Shown here one piece after another: positions 42,579 to 51,614 of a DNA stretch of 64,000 nt (its first letter is position 1; each line of letters begins with the position of its first letter). A model generated the notes under the pieces. It searched no databases. It was not told where the DNA came from and saw only the letters and a list, made by a program, of their open reading frames with translations. Made by a program: the position numbers and the translations under genes. Origin of the DNA: Candidatus Aenigmatarchaeota archaeon (GTDB lineage Archaea > Aenigmatarchaeota > Aenigmatarchaeia > CG10238-14 > SCSR01); the NCBI GenBank assembly GCA_038998335.1, contig JAVZHQ010000001.1, positions 594,165 through 658,164 of the forward strand, written 5' to 3'.

Positions 42579-43130
42579 ATGAAATATCCGTTAGATAAGT
42601 CTTATCGCTTGCTTTCGCCAAGGCTTGTAATCTTGGTAACAACTAATAATTCGAAAGGTGGAGTTAACGCTGCACCGGTAAGCTTTTGCTCGCCCGTAAG
42701 TTTTACTCCTCCTATAGTTATGATTTCTTTAACTCCAGAGATAAGAACTCATAAAAACATTCAGGAAACAAGAGAGTTTGTGATAAACATTCTGTCAAAA
42801 CAATACGTTGACCAAGTTTTAAGATGTGCTGCTCGTTATCCTAACGGAATAAACAAGCTTGAGGTTGTTGGCTTAAGAAAATTTTCCTCTGTTTTGGTTA
42901 AGCCAGCAAGAGTGAAAGAAGCCTTTGCTTGGCTTGAATGCAGGCTAATAGAAGAAAAAAAGCTTGGCGACCACTTTGCAATTTTTGGCGAAGTTTTAAC
43001 TGCAGAGATAAAAGATGAGATAGTAAAAGAAGGTGAAATAGATTTTTCTAAGGTAAGTCCAATATTGCATTTGTTCAAAGAATACTTTGCTTTTGATTTT
43101 AAAATCGCAAAGCAAAAGAGGTATGATTGA
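42579..43130 (+). CDS. Flavin reductase-like (FMN-binding split-barrel) protein
   Basis: LSPRLVILVTTNNSKGGVNAAPVSFCSPVSFTPPIVMISL...AWLECRLIEEKKLGDHFAIFGEVL is a typical Flavin_Reduct pattern. Confidence 0.8.
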   Translation: MKYPLDKSYRLLSPRLVILVTTNNSKGGVNAAPVSFCSPVSFTPPIVMISLTPEIRTHKNIQETREFVINILSKQYVDQVLRCAARYPNGINKLEVVGLRKFSSVLVKPARVKEAFAWLECRLIEEKKLGDHFAIFGEVLTAEIKDEIVKEGEIDFSKVSPILHLFKEYFAFDFKIAKQKRYD

Positions 43131-43303
43131 TGCTCTGCCCAACATGCTCAAATGAAACAAGAGAACTTGTTGCATGCGACAGATGTAAGAAAATAGGTTG
43201 CGTAAGATGTGTAGTTAAAAAAGGGAAAGAATGGCTTTGCGAGAAATGTAGAAAAGAAGAAAAGCAAGGACCAGAAAGCGCTTTAGCCTCTCTTTTTGGT
43301 TAA
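43130..43303 (+). CDS. 57-aa zinc-ribbon protein, absent from the ORF track
   Basis: MLCPTCSNETRELVACDRCKKIGCVRCVVKKGKEWLCEKCRKEEKQGPESALASLFG. Four CxxC pairs. Its ATG overlaps the TGA of the upstream gene (TGATG). Confidence 0.55.
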   Translation: MLCPTCSNETRELVACDRCKKIGCVRCVVKKGKEWLCEKCRKEEKQGPESALASLFG

Positions 43304-43890
43304 AAAACTTTTACGACTTCACCTTCAGGCTCTTTTTCCTTGAAAGCTTCAACTCTAAACCTAAAAATTTTTGTTTTTTTATTCTTCCAGGTTTCTGGTG
43401 ATAAACCAGCCTTTAAACAAAGCGATTCCAAAAATTTTTCTTTTTCTTGAATTATCTCCCAAACTTGAGGTAAGTAAAGAGCGCTAAAGCCTTCATACTC
43501 TATTATTAAACCATCCTTTCCTTCTTCTATTACCTTAAGGTATTCTTGCGAATCTTTTACTTTTATTAGCTCAGGTTTTGTTAGAACAGAAACTTCAAAA
43601 GTCACTTTTTTAAGCTCTTCTTTTTTCAAAGGTTCGAACCTAAAATCCTCAAAAGCAGCAGAAATTGAAGCTTTTTGAACTGCTTCATAAAGAGGAAAGT
43701 AAGGTAAAGGAAAACCTATACAACCTCGCAGCTCATTTTCAGGATAAGTTTCTATGGTTACAAAAACTCCTCTTTTTTCCTTAAACTCTTTTTCTTTACT
43801 TTCTTCTATTTCTAACTTATTTTTCTCGAAGAACTTTTCCACACTTTTTCTTGCAAGCTTTACCAAAATCTTTCCTTTTTCAAGCTCCAT
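43300..43890 (-). CDS. AMMECR1-domain protein
   Basis: RGVFVTIETYPENELRGCIGFPLPYFPLYEAVQKASISAAFEDFRFEPL is the hallmark AMMECR1 motif. Confidence 0.88.
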   Translation of the reverse strand: MELEKGKILVKLARKSVEKFFEKNKLEIEESKEKEFKEKRGVFVTIETYPENELRGCIGFPLPYFPLYEAVQKASISAAFEDFRFEPLKKEELKKVTFEVSVLTKPELIKVKDSQEYLKVIEEGKDGLIIEYEGFSALYLPQVWEIIQEKEKFLESLCLKAGLSPETWKNKKTKIFRFRVEAFKEKEPEGEVVKVF

Positions 43891-43947
43891 AAGTTAAATA
43901 AAGAATTAAAAAAATAAAAAAGAAAAGAGTGAAAGAAGCGTTACTAG

Positions 43948-44037
43948 CTACCACTCTTCTTCTGGAATTTCCTCTTCCTCTTCTTCTTCCTCTTCTCCTT
44001 CTTCCTCTTCTTCTTCAGCCCATTCTTCTTCTGCCAT
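43948..44037 (-). CDS. Possible 29-aa hyper-acidic micro-ORF (MAEEEWAEEEEEEGEEEEEEEEEIPEEEW)
   Basis: The ATG is preceded by AGGTGA 7 nt upstream (SD-like), and AT-rich TATA-like boxes lie further upstream. Otherwise it is a GAA/GAG-rich low-complexity stretch. Confidence 0.25.
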   Translation of the reverse strand: MAEEEWAEEEEEEGEEEEEEEEEIPEEEW

Positions 44038-44133
44038 TCACTTTTCACCTACTCACTATAAAAGAATTTAACAAATATTTATAGTTTTCTGTTTAGCTTA
44101 CAAATAATTTTTATTCAAAATAAATTATAATTT

Positions 44134-46074
44134 ATGGGGTTTGTTATAAAAAAAGAGAATTTATTCTTTCCTTCTAAAGAAATGAAAAAGATTGCTTGGA
44201 TTAAGGACAAAAAAATTTATAAGCGAGCTGAAAAGAATCCTGTAAAATTTTGGGAAAGCTTAGCAAAAGAACTTTTTTGGTTTGAAAAATGGAAAAAAAC
44301 TTTTCAGCATAAAGCACCTTACTTCAAGTGGTTCTTAGGTGGGAAAATCAACATAACTTCTAACATTTTTGAAAAAAACTTGCTTGGTTGGGAAAAAATT
44401 AAAGACAAAGTTGCGTTGATTTGGGAACCAGAAACTTTGGAAGAGAGACCAAGAATTTTAACCTATAAAGAACTTTTTAAAGAAGTTTGTAAGTTTGCTA
44501 ATGCTTTAAAAAAACTGGGGGTAAAAAAAGGAGATATAGTTGGAATTTATTTGCCAATGGTTCCAGAAACAATAATTTCTATGCTTGCTTGTGCAAGAAT
44601 TGGTGCAGTTCATACAGTAATATTTTCTGCTTTTTCTCCCGAAGCCTTAAGAATAAGATTGCAAATAACCGAAGCAAAAATTTTGATTACTGCTGACGGT
44701 TACTACAGAAGAGGAAAAATAATAAACCTAAAGCAAAGTGCTGACGAAGGAATAAAAGAAACTAAGGTTGAAAAGGTTATTGTTGTTAAAAGAGCAAAAA
44801 ATGAAATTCCTTGGAATCCTGAAAAAGATGTTTGGCTTGAGGATTTGATTAAAGAAGCAAGCGATGAATGTGAACCAGAAAAAATGGACTCAGAAGATTT
44901 ACTTTTTATCTTGTTTACTTCAGGAACCACTGGTATCCCAAAAGGAATAATTCATACTTGTGGAGGCTATACAGTACAAGCTTATTGGACTGGAAAATGG
45001 ATTTTTGACTTTCATGAAAAAGATATTTTATGGTGCACTTCAGACTTTGGTTGGATTACAGGTCATACTTATACTTGCTATTCTCCCTTGCTTAACGGGA
45101 TAACAACTTTGATTTTCGAAGGAGCTCCGGATTATCCTACTCCTGACAGATGGGCACAAATAATAGAAAAGTATAAAGTAACGATTTTTTACACAGCGCC
45201 AACTGCTATAAGAATGTTTGAGAAAATGGACGGAAGCGTTGCTCAAAAATATAAGTTTAAAACTCTTCGTTTATTAGGCTCAGTAGGCGAAACGATAGAC
45301 GAATCAACATGGCTTTGGTACTTTAAAAATGTTGGAAAAGAAAAATGCCCGATAGTTGATACTTGGTGGCAAACAGAAACTGGAGGAATATTAATTTCTT
45401 CTTTACCAGGAATTGGTCCTTTTAAGCCTGGTTTTGTTGGTTTGCCTTTTCCGGGAGTAAAAGTTGAAATTCTTGACGAAAAAGGTAAAGTTTGTAAAAA
45501 AGGGAAGGAAGGAAATTTAGTAATTCTTTCGCCTTTTCCTCCTGGTATGTTAAGAGGAATTTATAAGGACGAAAAAAAGTATCTGGAAACTTACTGGAGC
45601 AAGTATGGAAGTAAAATTTATTTTACAAGCGATGGAGCTTTTAAAGATGAAAATGGTTTAATAAGAATTGTTGGAAGGGTTGACGATGTAATAAAAGTTG
45701 CTGGTCATAGGATTACAACAGGAGAAATAGAAAATGCCTTGAATTCTCATCCTAGTGTAGTTGAGTCTGCTGTTGTTGGATTACCTGATGAAATTAAAGG
45801 TGAAGTTCCTTTTGCTTTTGTTGTTCTTAAGCAAGGTCTCAAAGGTTCAAAAGAATTAGAAGAAGAACTAATAAAGCAAGTTGATAAAAAAATTGGACCA
45901 ATAGCAAAACCTGCAAGAATTGCTTTTGTTGAAGACTTACCAAAAACAAGAAGTGGAAAAATTGTAAGAAGAATTTTGAGAAGTATTTTGAGAAACGAAG
46001 CCTTAGGAGACTTGTCAACTGTTGCAAACCCTGAAGCCATAGAAAAAATAAAAAAAGAATTGAAAGGAAGCTAA
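44134..46074 (+). CDS. acs: Acetyl-CoA synthetase (AMP-forming acetate--CoA ligase)
   Basis: 646 aa. FTSGTTGIPKGIIHT (AMP-binding motif), WWQTETGG, DGYYRRGK, and C-terminal PKTRSGKIVRRILR. Confidence 0.93.
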   Translation: MGFVIKKENLFFPSKEMKKIAWIKDKKIYKRAEKNPVKFWESLAKELFWFEKWKKTFQHKAPYFKWFLGGKINITSNIFEKNLLGWEKIKDKVALIWEPETLEERPRILTYKELFKEVCKFANALKKLGVKKGDIVGIYLPMVPETIISMLACARIGAVHTVIFSAFSPEALRIRLQITEAKILITADGYYRRGKIINLKQSADEGIKETKVEKVIVVKRAKNEIPWNPEKDVWLEDLIKEASDECEPEKMDSEDLLFILFTSGTTGIPKGIIHTCGGYTVQAYWTGKWIFDFHEKDILWCTSDFGWITGHTYTCYSPLLNGITTLIFEGAPDYPTPDRWAQIIEKYKVTIFYTAPTAIRMFEKMDGSVAQKYKFKTLRLLGSVGETIDESTWLWYFKNVGKEKCPIVDTWWQTETGGILISSLPGIGPFKPGFVGLPFPGVKVEILDEKGKVCKKGKEGNLVILSPFPPGMLRGIYKDEKKYLETYWSKYGSKIYFTSDGAFKDENGLIRIVGRVDDVIKVAGHRITTGEIENALNSHPSVVESAVVGLPDEIKGEVPFAFVVLKQGLKGSKELEEELIKQVDKKIGPIAKPARIAFVEDLPKTRSGKIVRRILRSILRNEALGDLSTVANPEAIEKIKKELKGS

Positions 46075-46075
46075 G

Positions 46076-46516
46076 CTATTTTTCTTTAAGCGTTAGAAAA
46101 GCGATTGCTGCAAGCAAGTAGCCAATTGGTGTAATAATTATTGAAAGAATGCTTGCTGCTTTTAGCAAACCAGAGTTAAACTTTGTTCCTGCTTTCCATA
46201 AACCTATTAACTGAAGAATTGCATAAACTAGGAATAATAGTAAGACTGGTGCAAGAACTAAAAAGTTCGAAAGTACTGCTGAAACATCCAAAATTCCAGC
46301 TGCCATTGCAAATATACTTCCCATTAGTGTTGCAAAAGCTAGAATCGAAGCTATTATAGCTAATATTGCAGAATAACCAACCCATTTCCAAAGGTTTTCG
46401 TTGTACTTATTCCCTAGTTTTATCCATCCTAGTATCAAAAGAATTAAACCCACTATGTTTAGCACTGGTATTATTGAAAGAATGTAAGCTATCCCAAGAA
46501 GTTTCTTTTCTTCCAT
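46076..46516 (-). CDS. 4-TM membrane protein (possibly DUF996-like)
   Basis: 146 aa, hydrophobic. LLGIAYILSIIPVLNIVGLILLILGWIKLGNKY. The family assignment is from memory only. Confidence 0.55.
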   Translation of the reverse strand: MEEKKLLGIAYILSIIPVLNIVGLILLILGWIKLGNKYNENLWKWVGYSAILAIIASILAFATLMGSIFAMAAGILDVSAVLSNFLVLAPVLLLFLVYAILQLIGLWKAGTKFNSGLLKAASILSIIITPIGYLLAAIAFLTLKEK

Positions 46517-46554
46517 AATTTATTTTTTTTGTTTTTATTTAAAAATTGCTAACC

Positions 46555-46562
46555 TTTAAATA
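46555..46562 (+). promoter_or_regulatory. TATA-box-like element upstream of SRP RNA
   Basis: TTTAAATA is centred about 27 nt upstream of the first base of the terminal helix of the SRP RNA. Confidence 0.4.
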
Positions 46563-46585
46563 TTCCTTCAGAAAAATCAATTAAT

Positions 46586-46871
46586 GCAGGAGGCTAGGTC
46601 GCGGAGCTAGGCCTTCCGTGCTGCTGAAAAAGCAGTGGCAAATGGTCTACATGGCCGACCGAAGCCTGAGGGCGGTATAAGCTTACAAAAAGGTCCAAGC
46701 TTCCGACTGAGAAGCCTCGCCTTTCAGGGTGGGTAGCTTAACGAAACCGAGGAGGTCCGGAAGGAAGCACTCGTAAGTTAAGCTGTCTCATGCTTGAAAG
46801 ATACGGGGTGGAGAAGGAAGTTTGGAGCAACCTTTTTGTAAGCTTATATCCACCAAGGGCGTGCCTCCTGC
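46586..46871 (+). ncRNA. Archaeal signal recognition particle RNA (7S/SRP RNA)
   Basis: A GC-rich ~286-nt island in an AT-rich intergenic region. The 5' GCAGGAGGC and 3' GCCUCCUGC ends are complementary. It contains the conserved helix-8 motif GGUCCGGAAGGAAGCA. Confidence 0.85.
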
Positions 46872-46914
46872 AATTTCTTTAAAATTTAAATCTTAAAGTG
46901 GAGAATTAAGTGAT

Positions 46915-47664
46915 ATGGAAGACAGCATTAAGATTATTTTGATTGCCATAGTTTTACTCTTAGTTTTTTCTGTAGCGTCAAACCTTACTTTAAAAAGTAT
47001 AATTCTTCCCAATGTAACTATTGGTGAAACAAAAAAAATTATTTTAAGTAATGAAACGATTCTAAGAACTTCTATGAACATCCCTGCTGTAGACTCTGAA
47101 GGAAATGGTGTTGTTACAAAGCTTATAGTTGAAGCAAAACCTGGAACAGGAAGAGTTCTAGTTGACATAAATCAATTACTTTTCTGGGTTGATACTCAAA
47201 ACTCTATAAGAGTTGCTCAAAAAGTCGCTCAAAATTATACTAAAACAGATTTGTCCAACATAGATTTAATATATGCTATAGAAACAAACGCTTCTGTAAT
47301 AGGTGGGCCATCGGCAGGAGCTGCTATGACAATAGCAACAATAGCTTTGCTTGAAAATAAAACTTTAAATCAGAGTGTGATGATAACAGGGACTATAAAC
47401 TCTGACGGAAGTATCGGACCAGTAGGAGAAATAGTTGCAAAAGCTAAGGCTGCAAAAGACATAGGAGCCAAACTTTTTTTGGTTCCCTCAGGCCAAGCAA
47501 TTCAAACATATTACAAGCCAATAGAGCATTGCGAAAGGTTTGGGCCAGTGACTTACTGTTCTACTGAATACAGACCAGAAAAAATAGACGTAAGCAAAGA
47601 AGTTGGAATTACTGTTAAAGAAGTCAGTAATATTCAAGAAGCTTTACAATACTTTTTAATCTAG
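46915..47664 (+). CDS. Membrane-anchored Lon-type (S16) serine protease domain protein
   Basis: N-terminal TM. VIGGPSAGAAMTIATIALLENKTLNQSVMITGTINSDGSIGPVGEIVAKAKAAKDIGAKLFLVP shows the Ser-Lys dyad context of the Lon C-terminal domain. Confidence 0.8.
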   Translation: MEDSIKIILIAIVLLLVFSVASNLTLKSIILPNVTIGETKKIILSNETILRTSMNIPAVDSEGNGVVTKLIVEAKPGTGRVLVDINQLLFWVDTQNSIRVAQKVAQNYTKTDLSNIDLIYAIETNASVIGGPSAGAAMTIATIALLENKTLNQSVMITGTINSDGSIGPVGEIVAKAKAAKDIGAKLFLVPSGQAIQTYYKPIEHCERFGPVTYCSTEYRPEKIDVSKEVGITVKEVSNIQEALQYFLI

Positions 47665-47672
47665 GCGATGTT

Positions 47673-48272
47673 ATGCAATACTTTTCAAAGGAAGAGGTAA
47701 AGGATATAATAATATCTGTCCTAGTTGTTTCGCTAATTTTCTCTTATAATGCTTCTAACCCAAGAAGAACTTTTGAGCTTTTTCCCTTTTATTTGATAAT
47801 AGTTGTTCTTACTTTCCTCCTTCATGAACTTGCTCATAAAAGTGTTGCAAGGAAGTTTGGCTGTTTATCCTTTTATAAAATGTGGACGACAGGGCTTTTA
47901 TTAAGTTTAGTCTTCATGCTTTTAGGTTTTAAATTCATAGTTCCTGGTGCTGTCGTAATCTATCCTTTCACTTTTGGAAGATGGGGGTTTAGAAGAATAA
48001 GATTAACTGCTCAGGAAATTGGTTTAATATCGGTTAGTGGAATCTTGGTAAACATTTTTATCGCTTTAATTTCTAGGCCTCTGGTTGGTTTGTTTTTTGT
48101 ACAAAATTTTGATTTTTTCTTCGCTCTATCTTCTATCAACTCTTTCCTTGCTTTCTTCAACCTTTTACCAATTCCTCCCCTGGACGGAAGTAAAGTTATA
48201 GTATGGAAACTTTGGCTTTGGTTCTTCCTGTTTGTTATTTCTATAGGTTTATTTTTATCCTTCGCTTTCTAA
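47673..48272 (+). CDS. Site-2 protease family (peptidase M50) membrane metalloprotease
   Basis: HELAHKSVARKFG (HExxH) and FNLLPIPPLDGSKV (NxxPxxxLDG). Polytopic. Confidence 0.85.
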   Translation: MQYFSKEEVKDIIISVLVVSLIFSYNASNPRRTFELFPFYLIIVVLTFLLHELAHKSVARKFGCLSFYKMWTTGLLLSLVFMLLGFKFIVPGAVVIYPFTFGRWGFRRIRLTAQEIGLISVSGILVNIFIALISRPLVGLFFVQNFDFFFALSSINSFLAFFNLLPIPPLDGSKVIVWKLWLWFFLFVISIGLFLSFAF

Positions 48273-48285
48273 AGGTTATTATGTA

Positions 48286-49572
48286 GTGATGAAAGAATCA
48301 AGTGAGACAATGATTGTTATAGCAGACTTTCACCTTCATTCTCTTTATAGCAGAGCAACCAGCAAGCAAATGAACTTGGAAGGAATAAGTAATGGTGCAA
48401 AAATAAAAGGTTTAAATCTTGTTGGAACCGGAGATTTTACTTTTAAAAAATGGCTTGATGAATTAAAGAAAAAGTTAAAACCAGTAGAAGACTCTGGACT
48501 GTTCGAGTATAACAAAACTCTTTTTATGTTAACAAGTGAAGTTGCGACATATTTTGAATTTGAAAAAATGATAAAGAGAGTACATCATGTAATTCATGCA
48601 CCCACTTTTGATGTTGTTGAACAAATAAATGAAGCTCTTTCAAAATTTGGCAGTTTAGCTTCTGATGGTAGACCTATTTTAAACTTGACTGCAGCAGAGC
48701 TTGTTGAAATTTTAATGCAAATTAGTAAGGATATTTTGATTTATCCTGCCCATGCTTGGACTCCTTGGATGTCTTGCTTAGGAAGTAAGTCTGGGTTTGA
48801 TTCAATAGAAGAATGTTATCAGGATCAAACAAAAAATATCTTTGCTTTAGAAACAGGGTTAAGCAGCGATCCTGCTATGAACTGGAGGTTAAGCTCTTTA
48901 GATAAGTTTACTTTACTTAGCAACTCAGATTCGCATAGTCCGCATCCTTGGCGTTTAGGAAGAGAAGCGAATGTTTTTGATTTAGAAAAAGTAACTTATT
49001 GGGAAATTCTTGACGCGATAAAGAAAAAAGATAAGAAAAGGTTTTTATATACTGTAGAGGTTGACCCAAACTATGGAAAATACCATTTCGACGGACATCG
49101 TAATTGCAGCATAAGTTTGCATCCTAAGGATGCTATAAAGTTAAATAACATTTGCCCAAAATGCAAAAGAAAATTAACTGTAGGAGTATTGCATAGAGTT
49201 GAGGAATTGGCAGATAGACCAGAAGGTTTTATCCCAAAAGATGCCATTCCTTTTAAAACTTTGTTGCCTTTGTATGAAATAATTTCTTTTGCTTGGGGCT
49301 CTGGAGAGCTTTATTCAAAAAAGGTTTTGGAAGAACATGATAAACTAATAGAAAAATTTGGAAACGAGCTAAACGTTTTGCTTAATGTTCCAAAGGAAGA
49401 ATTGTTAAAAGTTACGAACGAAAAGATTGCTGAAGCAATAATAAAAGTGAGAGAAGGAAAAATCAAGTACATTCCTGGATATGATGGAAATTATGGTAAA
49501 CCTGTGTTTGATGAAAATTTTGAGATAAAAAAGCAAAAGTTTCATGTCCAAAAAAACTTAAAGCAATTTTAA
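48286..49572 (+). CDS. Endonuclease Q-like (PHP-domain nuclease with C-terminal zinc finger)
   Basis: IADFHLHSLYSRATSKQM...KGLNLVGTGDF...YPAHAWTPWMS...NSDSHSPHPWRLGREANVF...CPKCKRKLTVGVLHRVEELA. Collinear with my recollection of Pyrococcus EndoQ. Confidence 0.75.
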   Translation: MMKESSETMIVIADFHLHSLYSRATSKQMNLEGISNGAKIKGLNLVGTGDFTFKKWLDELKKKLKPVEDSGLFEYNKTLFMLTSEVATYFEFEKMIKRVHHVIHAPTFDVVEQINEALSKFGSLASDGRPILNLTAAELVEILMQISKDILIYPAHAWTPWMSCLGSKSGFDSIEECYQDQTKNIFALETGLSSDPAMNWRLSSLDKFTLLSNSDSHSPHPWRLGREANVFDLEKVTYWEILDAIKKKDKKRFLYTVEVDPNYGKYHFDGHRNCSISLHPKDAIKLNNICPKCKRKLTVGVLHRVEELADRPEGFIPKDAIPFKTLLPLYEIISFAWGSGELYSKKVLEEHDKLIEKFGNELNVLLNVPKEELLKVTNEKIAEAIIKVREGKIKYIPGYDGNYGKPVFDENFEIKKQKFHVQKNLKQF

Positions 49573-49585
49573 TTTATTTAAAAGT

Positions 49586-50236
49586 ATGAGTAAACAATGG
49601 GATAAGATTTTTAAAGAAGAGGGAAAAGTTTTTATTAAACCACATGAAGAAATGCCAAAAATAGTTAAAATTTTCAAGGAAAATAAAGTTAAAAAAGTTC
49701 TTGATTTGGGCTGTGGTTCGGGAAGGCACTTGGTTTATTTAGCAAAGTATGGTTTTGAAGTTTATGGTATAGATATAGCTAAGCATGGAATTAAAATTGC
49801 AAGGAACTGGCTTAAAGAGGAAAATCTTAAAGCAGAGTTGAAAGTTGGTGATATTTATAAAAAACTTCCTTATCCTGATAATTTTTTTGACGGAATAGTA
49901 AGCATTGCTACCTTACATCACAATAGAATAGAGAAAATTAGGAAATTAATAAAAGAAATTGAAAGAGTTTTAAAGCCAGGTGGTTTAATTTTTATTACTG
50001 TAAGCAAGAAAAGAAGTAAAGAAGAACTTAAGAAAATGTCAAAAAATGAAATCTGGAAAATAAAAATGATTGCTCCAAGAACTTACATTCCTTTAAACGG
50101 AAGAGAAAAAGGTTTAATTCATTTTTGGTTTAATAAAACTCTTTTGAGAAAGGAGTTTAAAAATTTTAAAATTTATAAAATTTGGGTAGAGCTAAACAAA
50201 AAGCATTACTGTGTTCTTGCAAGTTTAAAGACTTAA
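49586..50236 (+). CDS. Class I SAM-dependent methyltransferase
   Basis: Motif I VLDLGCGSGRHLVYLA, then YGIDIA and LKPGGLIFI. Confidence 0.85.
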   Translation: MSKQWDKIFKEEGKVFIKPHEEMPKIVKIFKENKVKKVLDLGCGSGRHLVYLAKYGFEVYGIDIAKHGIKIARNWLKEENLKAELKVGDIYKKLPYPDNFFDGIVSIATLHHNRIEKIRKLIKEIERVLKPGGLIFITVSKKRSKEELKKMSKNEIWKIKMIAPRTYIPLNGREKGLIHFWFNKTLLRKEFKNFKIYKIWVELNKKHYCVLASLKT

Positions 50237-50240
50237 GTTT

Positions 50241-50249
50241 TTTATTTAT
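50241..50249 (+). promoter_or_regulatory. TATA-box-like element upstream of tRNA-Val
   Basis: TTTATTTAT is centred about 26 nt upstream of the tRNA 5' end. Confidence 0.35.
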
Positions 50250-50270
50250 TTGTTTTAATCTAATTTTAAA

Positions 50271-50341
50271 GGGCCTGTAGTCTAACGGTAGGACGCCACC
50301 CTCACACGGTGGAGAAAGGAGTTCGACTCTCCTCAGGCCCA
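50271..50341 (+). tRNA. tRNA-Val (anticodon CAC), no intron, CCA not encoded
   Basis: Hand-folded cloverleaf: GGGCCUG UA GUCU AACGGUA GGAC G CCACC CUCACAC GGUGG AGAA AGGAG UUCGACU CUCCU CAGGCCC A. Confidence 0.85.
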
Positions 50342-50410
50342 CTTTTCTTCCATTTAAACCGGAGAATATAGAATAGACTTCTAACAATAATCACATAAGA
50401 TTAAGAAAAA

Positions 50411-50710
50411 TTATTTCTTAGGCCTAAATTCTCTTATCAAACAATACAACAAAAATAAGAACAAAGCTATGGAAGAAAAGAAAAAAGGAAGTATAGGAAC
50501 TAGAATAGATGGGTAAAAAATTAAGTAAAATAAATCTGAGCCTGCCAAATAAATTGCATACTCAAATAAACCCCAAGCTGAAAAGCCAAACAAAATGGAA
50601 AATGCTAGAAAAACTTTTTTATAAACTTTTGACAGAAAAGTGAGCAAGAGAAAAGAACCTGAAAATATAGTAGAGCACAAAGCCATTATCCCTATCACTA
50701 TGCTTAACAT
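50411..50710 (-). CDS. Small 3-TM membrane protein
   Basis: 99 aa, hydrophobic, with a basic C-terminus (REFRPKK). Confidence 0.55.
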   Translation of the reverse strand: MLSIVIGIMALCSTIFSGSFLLLTFLSKVYKKVFLAFSILFGFSAWGLFEYAIYLAGSDLFYLIFYPSILVPILPFFFSSIALFLFLLYCLIREFRPKK

Positions 50711-50718
50711 CTATTTCA

Positions 50719-51573
50719 CTATAAAAGTCTTGAAACACTAATAGAAGCTGTAGCTTCAACATAATAATAATAACTTAGCTTTACTTCTAGAGGAAGGGTT
50801 GTATAATCCGTAACCTCAGGAACATAAAATTGACAGGTAATAGAGTAACCTGAAGTTGGGTCTATTCTAACTTCCTTAGGAAAGTTATGGTTAATACATT
50901 CATTACCATCAATAGTTATTTTTTCTATAACTACTTTTTTATCATCCATTTTATTAATATAGGGAGAACCTTGGCCGACATTTTTAAAGGTAAGGGGTAT
51001 TGTTCCTATTTGACCAGGTTTTATGTACGTGAAAGGTTGAACTGTTTCCACGCTAATTTGAATTGGTGCTTGTGAAGCAATAAAACCTTCTATTCCTTTT
51101 GTTTCTTGAGGATGTGTTCTTTTGTACTCTTGACTCATAACTTTAATTCTTCCGTTAGCAGTTGAGGCATACTTATAGAAAACTTTTACAGTAGCTGGGC
51201 AATTTGGAATATCTTTATCTTCTGGGGAAGTTACTTCCCATTCTAAGTAACTTAAACCACCAGGAGAGTTAGGCAATCTTTTGGGTAAGAAACCTATTTC
51301 TTTTTGGTAATTTACCTCACCACCCCAATCAGTACCTAAACCTGTAAGTACAGCCTTTACTTCTTCTGCATCTTCTTCCCCAACATTCTCTACAGTAAGA
51401 TAAAAAGTTACGCTTTGGCCAGCATAAATCTTTGATTCTCCTGGCTTAAAGCTTTTTATTATTACACCTATGGCTTGTTTTTGCTGATCTGTAGGCTGTT
51501 GTTGGCCTAGAAGAGTGCAGCCAGAGAGAAATACAAACACAAGTAAAAATAAAAGTATGGCATAACTTTTCAT
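50719..51573 (-). CDS. Lipobox-bearing secreted protein (paralog A)
   Basis: MKSYAILLFLLVFVFLSGC has an L-S-G-C lipobox-like cleavage site. CARDB-like segment QSVTFYLTVENVGEEDAEEV. GGAG lies 7 nt upstream of the ATG. Confidence 0.8.
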   Translation of the reverse strand: MKSYAILLFLLVFVFLSGCTLLGQQQPTDQQKQAIGVIIKSFKPGESKIYAGQSVTFYLTVENVGEEDAEEVKAVLTGLGTDWGGEVNYQKEIGFLPKRLPNSPGGLSYLEWEVTSPEDKDIPNCPATVKVFYKYASTANGRIKVMSQEYKRTHPQETKGIEGFIASQAPIQISVETVQPFTYIKPGQIGTIPLTFKNVGQGSPYINKMDDKKVVIEKITIDGNECINHNFPKEVRIDPTSGYSITCQFYVPEVTDYTTLPLEVKLSYYYYVEATASISVSRLL

Positions 51574-51587
51574 TCTATCTCCTAATA
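51485..51587 (-). repeat. 103-nt exact direct repeat, copy 1 (5' UTR plus signal peptide of paralog A)
   Basis: Identical base for base to 52435..52537 by direct comparison (TGATCTGTAGGCTGTTGTTGGCCTAGAAGAGTGCAGCC...CATTCTATCTCCTAATA). Confidence 0.95.
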
Positions 51588-51614
51588 TTAAATTAATTTG
51601 AATCGATTTAAACT

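Noticed and set aside
50166-50387. Track ORF 50166-50387 (-) of 73 aa
   Set aside because: It spans tRNA-Val on the opposite strand, and its middle is the reverse complement of the tRNA. Spurious.
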